Positions 56,711 to 64,000 of a stretch of 64,000 nucleotides of DNA are shown here, one piece after another. How positions within the stretch are numbered: the first letter of the stretch is position 1; every line of letters begins with the position of its first letter. The stretch is from Bacteroidia bacterium (GTDB lineage: Bacteria > Bacteroidota > Bacteroidia > SXHM01). The position numbers and the translations under genes are program-made. Location: NCBI GenBank assembly GCA_022072225.1, contig JAJVIC010000002.1, forward strand, positions 469,086 through 533,085, in the 5' to 3' direction. The notes below the pieces were generated by a model. It saw only the letters and a program-made list of their open reading frames with translations. It ran no database searches and was not told the origin of the DNA.

Positions 56711-56839
56711 TGAATGCTCTTTTTAATTTATTCAGTGCCGAAAATACGTATTGAAACGGATTAGTTCAAAATCAAGCACATAATCTTTTTGCTAATTTAA
56801 AAACTCTTCCTTTACTTTGAATAGCATTTAAGTTCTTCT

Positions 56840-57286
56840 ATGTGCCCGAAAAAGAGTTTTTTATTCTGCATTTTTTTCTTGGTTTCCGCAATTTCGGTTG
56901 CTCAAAACATTAGTATGGAAGAAACATTGGCTTATATCAACGGAAAACTTAGCAGTAAATATGAGATAGATGTTAAACGCGGATTGCTGTTACTTACTTC
57001 TTACAAAGACAATATGAAAATGATGGATGAAACCATCCTCATAACTGATCTTAATCCGGAGGTTGTTTACTCTGAAGAAGAGAAAGCAATTATTATTAAA
57101 TGTAATGAAGGGGATAAATGTGTTGAGCGAAAAGAACATTTAGTTGAAAAAAAGAATTACTTTTCACGGTTGAAAATTGTAACCCCTGAAGATGAAAAAT
57201 CAGTAAAAGGTCTGCAAAAAGCTTTTCTTCATCTGCTCAGGTTGGTACAGGAACCTAAATACAAGAGTACTGAAACATTTGAATAA
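56840..57286 (+). CDS. Hypothetical exported protein
   Basis: Signal peptide ending SVA-Q. Confidence 0.75.
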   Translation: MCPKKSFLFCIFFLVSAISVAQNISMEETLAYINGKLSSKYEIDVKRGLLLLTSYKDNMKMMDETILITDLNPEVVYSEEEKAIIIKCNEGDKCVERKEHLVEKKNYFSRLKIVTPEDEKSVKGLQKAFLHLLRLVQEPKYKSTETFE

Positions 57287-57307
57287 TACATCAAAATACA
57301 AGAAATT

Positions 57308-57826
57308 ATGAAACAGTTATTAACCATTTTCGCCATCCTGTTTATAAATCTTTCAACCTCATCCGGACAGGATATTGAAGGCATGTTTAATCAGGGTGAA
57401 CAAAAGAAAATGTCAGGTGATTTTCACACGGCTATTGGTTTTTACACTAAAGTGTTAAACAGTCAACCCGATCATCTGAATGCATTGTTGCAACGGGCAT
57501 TTTGCCACAGTGCCGAGAAAAATTATCAAGGCGCTGTTGATGATTATACTAAAGTAATTGCTGCGCACCCGACACATATTTGGGCCTATATAAGCCGCGG
57601 AAGCGCATACAATAAACTTAAGAAATTTGACCTTGCATTGATTGATTTCGATAAAGCTCTTTCCTTAAATCCCGGCAATACAGAAGCAGGCGAGGCGCTT
57701 AATAACAGAGGTTGGGCAAAAGATGGTTTAAACGACCATGATGGCGCCTGCAAAGACTGGAACGAATCAAAAAAGAAAGGCAACGAAGAAGCTAAAATCA
57801 TACTTAAAAACACGCACTGCAAATAA
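57308..57826 (+). CDS. Exported tetratricopeptide repeat protein
   Basis: AYISRGSAY, ALIDFDKAL.LNP, ACKDW...G..EA. Confidence 0.9.
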   Translation: MKQLLTIFAILFINLSTSSGQDIEGMFNQGEQKKMSGDFHTAIGFYTKVLNSQPDHLNALLQRAFCHSAEKNYQGAVDDYTKVIAAHPTHIWAYISRGSAYNKLKKFDLALIDFDKALSLNPGNTEAGEALNNRGWAKDGLNDHDGACKDWNESKKKGNEEAKIILKNTHCK

Positions 57827-57877
57827 TGGAACGATGTTTGCCTGCATTAAAACAAATAATCTAACATTTTATAAATC

Positions 57878-58276
57878 ATGAAAAAAATACGTTTACTCAG
57901 CCTTCTTATTCCATTTGCATTTGCATTTGCTCCATCAAAAACCGAAACCGAATTTCAGGATATGGAATGGAACGATTGTCTTACAAAGTATGCCTCTGCC
58001 TGGGGCGAAGACTGCCTTAAGTGCCAGTTTAAGAAAGATACCTACAAAGTGAAACTGAAAAATACCTGCACCGATGCGTTGGATGTGGTAGTTTGTGTAC
58101 AGGAAGAAGACAAGACCTGGAAGTACTTTGCCTTTAATGGTGTTACACCCCGCGACTCAGTGATTGGCTACGCCTGCAAAGGAACCGGTAAATATCTTAA
58201 ATTTGTAAGAAAAGCCGGCAACAAAGAAATTATTTTACCAACTGCTGACCAGGTAAACGCACAGTATAAAGATTAA
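57878..58276 (+). CDS. Hypothetical exported protein with six Cys
   Basis: Signal peptide; followed by terminator. Confidence 0.8.
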   Translation: MKKIRLLSLLIPFAFAFAPSKTETEFQDMEWNDCLTKYASAWGEDCLKCQFKKDTYKVKLKNTCTDALDVVVCVQEEDKTWKYFAFNGVTPRDSVIGYACKGTGKYLKFVRKAGNKEIILPTADQVNAQYKD

Positions 58277-58305
58277 AGTTTATTATAAACTTGTTCTTCA
58301 ATAAG

Positions 58306-58334
58306 AAGCCCTGCAAAAGATGCAGGGCTTTTTT
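58306..58334 (+). terminator. Intrinsic terminator
   Basis: AAGCCCTGCA-aaaga-TGCAGGGCTT-tttt. Confidence 0.85.
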
Positions 58335-58417
58335 AATGAATAGGCTTGTTATTAATTGTCTAGTAATCAGTTGTTTAAAATTTTAACATTTTTGTAAAGA
58401 GTATCTGTTTAACTCTA

Positions 58418-58425
58418 TACATTTG
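58418..58425 (+). promoter_or_regulatory. -7 box TACATTTG for the small lipoprotein gene
   Basis: Matches TAnnTTTG, 31 nt upstream of ATG. Confidence 0.6.
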
Positions 58426-58456
58426 TCACCGATTTTTAAACCCAATAAACAAAAAA

Positions 58457-58720
58457 ATGAAAAAATTAGTTTACATTCCTGCTGTATTAGCATTCGCAGT
58501 ATTTGCTGCATGCGGACCATCTGCTGCTGAAAAAGAAGCAAAACGTATTGCTGACTCAACAAAAGTTGCAGATTCATTAGCTGCAATTCAAGCTGCTGAG
58601 GCTGCAAAAGCACAAGCTGCTGCTGATTCAATCGCTGCTGCTGAAGCTGCTGCAAAAGCACAAGCTGCTGCTGATTCAATTGCTGCTGCTGAAGCTGCAA
58701 AACCAGCAAAGAAAAAATAA
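58457..58720 (+). CDS. Small Ala-rich helical lipoprotein
   Basis: Lipobox FAAC-G; repeats AAKAQAAADSIAAAE; ends KPAKKK. Confidence 0.85.
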   Translation: MKKLVYIPAVLAFAVFAACGPSAAEKEAKRIADSTKVADSLAAIQAAEAAKAQAAADSIAAAEAAAKAQAAADSIAAAEAAKPAKKK

Positions 58721-58740
58721 TCACTTAAATGTGTTTATTT

Positions 58741-58773
58741 GAAAGGGAACCCTACAAGGTTCCCTTTCTTTTT
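58741..58773. terminator. Intrinsic terminator between convergent genes
   Basis: GAAAGGGAACC-ctacaa-GGTTCCCTTTC-tttt. Confidence 0.85.
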
Positions 58774-60746
58774 TACCTTACCACTGTGTTGTGACTGCCG
58801 TCATAACCAAACATGTTCCATCCGCTGAATTTAGTATCTCCTGTATTGATGGAAACTGTTTTTCCGCCTTCTGTTCCGGAATAAATCCAGCCATTATGAA
58901 TGGTAGCAGGGGTTTCTAATTGACTGTTGGTTTCCCATGCATTCAGTTGCTTGCCGCTTGTTGGTTCAAAGGATAGAACTTTTCCTGACAATGTGGATAC
59001 AACAATTTTTCCTCCGGCAACAACAGGCATGGTAGCTGCAGGTTTTTCATCTGCTTTTTTTTCGTTTTGAATTGCAAAAGACCAGACAATTGAACCATCA
59101 TCAGGATTAGAGCAAATGATTCTATTGCCCATTACATTGTAGTTTTTACCTTTATAGTGCAGCATTCTGGTTCCGCAAAAATTCATTTGTTCGTTGGCCG
59201 ACAGTTTGTAAAGATCGTCAACAATCAGAGGGGAACTGAGTGAGCTGATTTTTTTTACAGATTTTAATCCGTTGGTTGAATAAACTGTTACAGTTTCATT
59301 TCCAGCATCTTTTACACTTACAAAAACTTTGTCGTTTATAATAGTGGGTGGCGACATGGCTGCATCGTTTACAGTGCCCAGCATAGTGCCGTTGTTTTTA
59401 TCAAACTCGTACAGTGACCCCGAAAGACAGGTAAGATACACATTGTTGTCTTCAACAACTGGCGAAGAAAGCACTTCTGAATCCAACCAGTTTTGCCATA
59501 GTATTTTCCCGCTTCTTAAATCAAAGCAGGCAATAACGTTTTTAAGTTGTTTAACATCGCCTTTGCCGGTTCGCGAAAGTCTGTAAACACCTGCGCCAAG
59601 CTCGTTGGGGTAAACAGCATATACTTTTCCGTTTGAAATAGCAGGCATGGAATACAAATCAGGTCCCAGCCATTTGCTCCACAACATTTTTCCGGTGTAG
59701 GCTTCCAGCGCATACAGCGTGCACGATTGTGTGTTAATCAGCAGCACACTGTCTTCTACTACAGCGCTTGAAGGACCGCTTTCGGCAAACTCACTGCCCC
59801 AGTTGTATTTTCCGGTGGCTTCATCAAAACTAAAGAAGTTGCGGGAGTAATAACCGCCATGCGTTAGCAGCATGCCATCATAAGCAGCAGGAGTAGGCGT
59901 AGGCGAATCCATTCCGTAATTGATGTTAAAGCCCTGTGCTGTTTTTTCAATAGTTCCCTCAAAGTTTATCGGGTTTACTTTGGTGCTCATAAACTCCGTA
60001 ATAAAACCATTTTTATCACGCTTGGCAGTTTGATAAAACTCTTCAATCTTTTGCGAACCCATATAACCGTATTCAATCTCAATGGTCCGGTATCCTTCCT
60101 TTTGCACAAGATCAAGCAAATCAACATCGCGTTCGTATTTAAAGCTAAGCAGGTATTTATTGCCTTTTGGAATGAGCAGGGTAACATTACCCTTATCATC
60201 CGAAACACCGTGATAGACTTTGCTGCCATCTTTTTCATTGATAAATACCGGCTCGTTTGCCAGCGGATTTTTATCCAGATCCATAATCTGCATTTTTATT
60301 AAAACCCTTGAATTGCTGGGTTCTGCTTCAGCACCTAATTGTTGGGTAATGGTATCGCCATTAACTGTTTCATTCAGTGGGGTAGTTGGGGTATAAATAA
60401 ACTTTTTAGTCATACCCAGATTGGGCTTATTGGGAATACTAATCTGACGGTAGTTTTGCTCTGTATCTACATTTATTTCGTAGTCGTTGTTGATAAGCAC
60501 CAGAAAACGGGCTTCACCGGTGATGTCGGTTTTTGAACTGTACAGTTTGTTCGTTTTACGGCACAGCATACTTACCGCAAGATTATTTACCGGCCGTTCA
60601 TTTTTATCCGAAACCACCACTTTTATCAATGCCTCGGTAGCAGTTGGTGTTTGACTGCGCGAAAGGTTTTGAGCAATGTTTTCAGGGTTTTGTGCTGCTG
60701 CCTTTATGCAGAATAGCAGGAGCAGCGGAAGAAGGATGCGGTTCAT
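58773..60746 (-). CDS. Exported PQQ-type beta-propeller protein with two N-terminal beta-sandwich domains
   Basis: YALEAYTGKMLW, CFDLRSGKILW, SSPVV repeats; TDITGEA and SDDKGNV motifs. Confidence 0.85.
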   Translation of the reverse strand: MNRILLPLLLLFCIKAAAQNPENIAQNLSRSQTPTATEALIKVVVSDKNERPVNNLAVSMLCRKTNKLYSSKTDITGEARFLVLINNDYEINVDTEQNYRQISIPNKPNLGMTKKFIYTPTTPLNETVNGDTITQQLGAEAEPSNSRVLIKMQIMDLDKNPLANEPVFINEKDGSKVYHGVSDDKGNVTLLIPKGNKYLLSFKYERDVDLLDLVQKEGYRTIEIEYGYMGSQKIEEFYQTAKRDKNGFITEFMSTKVNPINFEGTIEKTAQGFNINYGMDSPTPTPAAYDGMLLTHGGYYSRNFFSFDEATGKYNWGSEFAESGPSSAVVEDSVLLINTQSCTLYALEAYTGKMLWSKWLGPDLYSMPAISNGKVYAVYPNELGAGVYRLSRTGKGDVKQLKNVIACFDLRSGKILWQNWLDSEVLSSPVVEDNNVYLTCLSGSLYEFDKNNGTMLGTVNDAAMSPPTIINDKVFVSVKDAGNETVTVYSTNGLKSVKKISSLSSPLIVDDLYKLSANEQMNFCGTRMLHYKGKNYNVMGNRIICSNPDDGSIVWSFAIQNEKKADEKPAATMPVVAGGKIVVSTLSGKVLSFEPTSGKQLNAWETNSQLETPATIHNGWIYSGTEGGKTVSINTGDTKFSGWNMFGYDGSHNTVVR

Positions 60747-60833
60747 GGGTTCAAAAATTAAAGGTTAATAATTGAAGTGTTTATACTTCAATAACGCGGC
60801 AATTTCAAATTTATTACAAATTACCGGAAAAAT

Positions 60834-63140
60834 TTATTTCAGCAATTCCTGTAGCTTTTTAATTGCCTGCTGATTTTCGGGTAGTTTAACCGATTCGCGG
60901 ATGCGGATTTTTTCTTTGGAAGTAAGGTGCCAGCTCATGGAGATATTGCTCACATCATGGCTTTTCAGTTGCAGGTCAATCACGTCAATAGGGGCATCAA
61001 ACCAGGAGCCTGCATATTGTATCAGTTGGTCGTGATTAAAGTCCTGCATATTAAACATGTTGGAATAAATGTTGCCAACGGGATTGGAAATAATATTCAT
61101 CAACGAGTTGTTGGATTTATTTTCCATCGTCATTTTTTTGTAGGTATCGCGGGTTTGAATAATGATAACACCGCTGGTGTTGGTGCTAATCCAGTTGCGG
61201 AAGGTGTACATGTATTTGATGGCAATGCTCATTCCGTAGTTGTCGCGGAAGCCGGCATCCATGATTTCAATAGCAGGTTGGCTGGGAAGGGTAACAACAG
61301 GAGCAATGTAAGGGAAGGTGCAGTTCATGCGCAGGGCGCTGCTGAACCACAGGCTGTCGGAACCCTGCTGTTCAAAAAAGCGTCTGAATTCGATGCCGTC
61401 AGGCAGTGAAGGATTTGAAACGGAATTTACCGTTTCTTTTGAACACATGTAAGAAGCCGGTTGCGATGAAATATAAAGCAAACGCCCGTCATTAATAATA
61501 GTAGGAGTGAGGAACATCATCGGGATAATTGCATCTTTTTCATAAGGTGCATAATCCCTGATTCGTTTGTTCATAAGGTTGCCGGTGTTTTCGTGCAGTT
61601 GTTTTTCAAAAGCATAGCCACGGTCTTTGGTGTAAATCTTTTTACCGTCATTAAAGGTCTGAAAGCGGATAAACATATCATTCACCATATAGCTGAAGGC
61701 AATCGGGTTCAGTATATCACGGCAAATGTTTTCGTAGTACTCGCGGCTATAAATATTAATAGCACTGTCGGTTTGCTGGTGCAGCATCAGTTCGCGCAGG
61801 TAAGCAGAACCCAGCATTCCGCCTGACGAACCTACAATCAGTTGTGTGTGTTTCAGCAGCTCGCCCTGCATCAGGCTATCTATATGCTGCATGGAATAAA
61901 AGGTCCATGCAGATGCACGTTGTCCCCCACCGCTGCAACTGAGTATAATCAGCTTCGGCTTTTTGATGGTGTTCTTATCTTTTGAAACAACAGTGTTTTT
62001 CTTACGCCATTTATCAAGTATGGAAACAGTATGTGCAAAATCGCTTTCAAAGTTTTCTTTGTTGTTGTTGAATTCCTCCAGGCGCTGGTAAGAAAAAGCT
62101 GCTTTCCCACTTTTGTAATTAAGTCCGTAGGCTTTATTCTCATGGTTAAAAAAATCATTGCCCGATAAGAAGTTAATGAGCAGCACCAATGCAATAAAAA
62201 AGGTAACCGACCATTTGCGCAGCCAGGCCTGTATAGCGCTGGCAACCATCAGCAGCATGGTAAGAATAAGAAAAATGCTTGCCCCGGCAGGAACCTGAAA
62301 AACAGGATATTCTCTGAATGCGCCAATAATGAAAAATGATACCAGCGCAATAACCACAAACAAAATTCCGGTAAGGTGATTTTGCCTGAAAACATCGCGC
62401 AGCATAGCGCGGTCGTAGTGATCCGTTTCTCTGGCAAGAGCCAGTTTAAAAGGGTTAACCAGATAAGTCTCCACCTCCCATTCATCGGGTTCAATTTTTT
62501 TATTCTTCGGGTTGCGCCAGGCCATGTTTTTTTTCAGCATGATGCGTATAGGCTTGGCTATTTTTGTTTTTGCTTTTAGTTCGCCTTTGTCGTCAACCGA
62601 AATACCGAAAAGATGCGAGATGTCTTTGTTTGCAGTAAAGAAATAGCTGAGTGAGGTAAGAATGAAAAGTGTAACGCCCACCACAAAGCCCAGTGAGTTC
62701 ATGAAAATTTCTTTACCGCTCAGCATTTCATTCTCATATTCAAAAGCAATAATCTGCCAGAGGTAAATGATGATAAATACCAGGGGAACAAAAGAATTAT
62801 TCACGCAATACTTATAGAAGGGGCGCGAGAGCGTAGCCAAAAAGTGGAAGCGGTATGAATTGGCAATATAGCTGGCCAAATGAAAAGCCATAATAAAACC
62901 ACCACACGAAAATCCCAGAATAAAATACGACCAGTAATTTACCTTGCCAAGGTACTCAGGGTCGAGCAGCAGATAAGGAACGCCATACTTAACGCCAATC
63001 CAGCGGCATACAAAGCCAATCAGTAAAACCCAGAACAGCAGCAGCAGCTGATTGTTGCGCAAATGCAGCAGCAAAAGCTGAAGTGGAAAGAAATAGTAAA
63101 CCCGCCTGAACGTTTGATTTTTGGTAAATGGGAGGGTCAT
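60834..63140 (-). CDS. Membrane-anchored patatin-like phospholipase
   Basis: Multi-TM N-half; SGGGQRA oxyanion motif, GSSGG nucleophile elbow, DAG motif. Confidence 0.8.
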   Translation of the reverse strand: MTLPFTKNQTFRRVYYFFPLQLLLLHLRNNQLLLLFWVLLIGFVCRWIGVKYGVPYLLLDPEYLGKVNYWSYFILGFSCGGFIMAFHLASYIANSYRFHFLATLSRPFYKYCVNNSFVPLVFIIIYLWQIIAFEYENEMLSGKEIFMNSLGFVVGVTLFILTSLSYFFTANKDISHLFGISVDDKGELKAKTKIAKPIRIMLKKNMAWRNPKNKKIEPDEWEVETYLVNPFKLALARETDHYDRAMLRDVFRQNHLTGILFVVIALVSFFIIGAFREYPVFQVPAGASIFLILTMLLMVASAIQAWLRKWSVTFFIALVLLINFLSGNDFFNHENKAYGLNYKSGKAAFSYQRLEEFNNNKENFESDFAHTVSILDKWRKKNTVVSKDKNTIKKPKLIILSCSGGGQRASAWTFYSMQHIDSLMQGELLKHTQLIVGSSGGMLGSAYLRELMLHQQTDSAINIYSREYYENICRDILNPIAFSYMVNDMFIRFQTFNDGKKIYTKDRGYAFEKQLHENTGNLMNKRIRDYAPYEKDAIIPMMFLTPTIINDGRLLYISSQPASYMCSKETVNSVSNPSLPDGIEFRRFFEQQGSDSLWFSSALRMNCTFPYIAPVVTLPSQPAIEIMDAGFRDNYGMSIAIKYMYTFRNWISTNTSGVIIIQTRDTYKKMTMENKSNNSLMNIISNPVGNIYSNMFNMQDFNHDQLIQYAGSWFDAPIDVIDLQLKSHDVSNISMSWHLTSKEKIRIRESVKLPENQQAIKKLQELLK

Positions 63141-63415
63141 TGGCTTTTTGTAATGCGCGTATTATACTGTAGGGCAATAATTTTTGTTTGCTTTTTAGGT
63201 ATAAAGTTTTGCATTAATAAATAATTTGTATCATTGCAGCGCAATACTCATTCTTCTTATTGCGTTTCCGGTTCAACCTTTTCTTCTTGAAATTTTTATC
63301 ATAAAACTATTGAACGCATACTGGTGCAGCTGCTACAGCAGCCATTAACCATTCTCTCTGAAAAACAGAACTTATTTCTTAAACTAAAAACTAATACAAC
63401 CAATTTTATTTTTAC

Positions 63416-64000
63416 ATGAGCAGTCAAACTGAACTGAGCAATATGCTCGTATCTGAGCTTAAAACCCTTGCAAAAAGCCTTGGTATTCCTGATTACGATG
63501 CCTTGCGCAAACAAGACCTTATTGCCAAAATACGCGAAGCACAGGGCGAAGCGCCCGCTCCTGCCAAAGAAAAACCGGCAAAGCCCGCTTTTGAAGAATT
63601 AGTTACCGATGACTATGTAGAACCGGTTATTGATGAGCCTGTTGCTCCCGTTGCCGAAGAAACAACAGCGGCAGACGATGACGATGCGGATGATGAAGGT
63701 GAGGATGATGCAGAAGATGCAGAAGCAGTAGCTGAAGCTGCACCCGCAGAAGTTGCACCGGTTATTGCCGCAGAACCCAAACAGGAAGTTGCTCAGCAAA
63801 GACAACCGCAGCATCAGCATCAACAGCACAGACAAAATAACCCTAATCAGCAGCAGGGCAACGGTAATCAGCCCGGTAACGGTAACGGTAACGGAAATCC
63901 CAATCAGGAGCGCAAGGAAAATTACTACAATTTTGACGGACTGATTAACACCGAAGGCGTTCTGGAAACCATGCAGGACGGCTATGGCTTTCTGCGCTCA
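63416..64000 (+). CDS. rho: Transcription termination factor Rho, 5' part; runs off window
   Basis: My translation: ELKTLAKSLGI...LRKQDLI (Rho N-terminal), long disordered insert, then EGVLETMQDGYGFLRS (RNA-binding domain). Confidence 0.95.
   Translation, partial: MSSQTELSNMLVSELKTLAKSLGIPDYDALRKQDLIAKIREAQGEAPAPAKEKPAKPAFEELVTDDYVEPVIDEPVAPVAEETTAADDDDADDEGEDDAEDAEAVAEAAPAEVAPVIAAEPKQEVAQQRQPQHQHQQHRQNNPNQQQGNGNQPGNGNGNGNPNQERKENYYNFDGLINTEGVLETMQDGYGFLRS

Noticed and set aside
58373..58399. Third TTAACA direct-repeat box
   Set aside because: Only one good half-site, and spacing to the -7 box does not match the other two
63299..63944. Short ORFs listed at the window end
   Set aside because: Overlap the rho leader or its reading frame, which the track omitted because it has no stop in the window

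Overview
Chromosomal window from a Bacteroidota bacterium. Supporting signs are TAnnTTTG -7 promoter boxes, A-rich non-Shine-Dalgarno leaders, T9SS C-terminal domains and the folP-DUF1599-DoxX-dppB-tpiA-prmA gene order. It is mostly housekeeping: truA, folP, tpiA, prmA, tRNA-Arg(ACG), lgt, thyA, mnmE, fabD, folE, queD, mqnB, yhhQ, mnmD, mnmA and the 5' part of rho, mixed with envelope/secreted proteins. No integrase, transposase, prophage or CRISPR array is visible. Most notable: (1) two exported proteins with unrelated N-termini, ~350-aa Ala/Glu/Lys helical stalks and the same unannotated C-terminal domain (TEET...Y-x6-WGGVFYF); (2) a RelE/ParE toxin-antitoxin cassette bounded by a duplicated, diverged 3' end of its host gene, next to a non-coding 41-bp tandem array; (3) several families of short palindromic or short-period repeats, some now inside coding sequence (an in-frame insertion in FolP and three signal peptides); (4) a Rho factor with an acidic plus Q/N/G-rich disordered insert. 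All product calls come from motif recognition by eye, not database searches.
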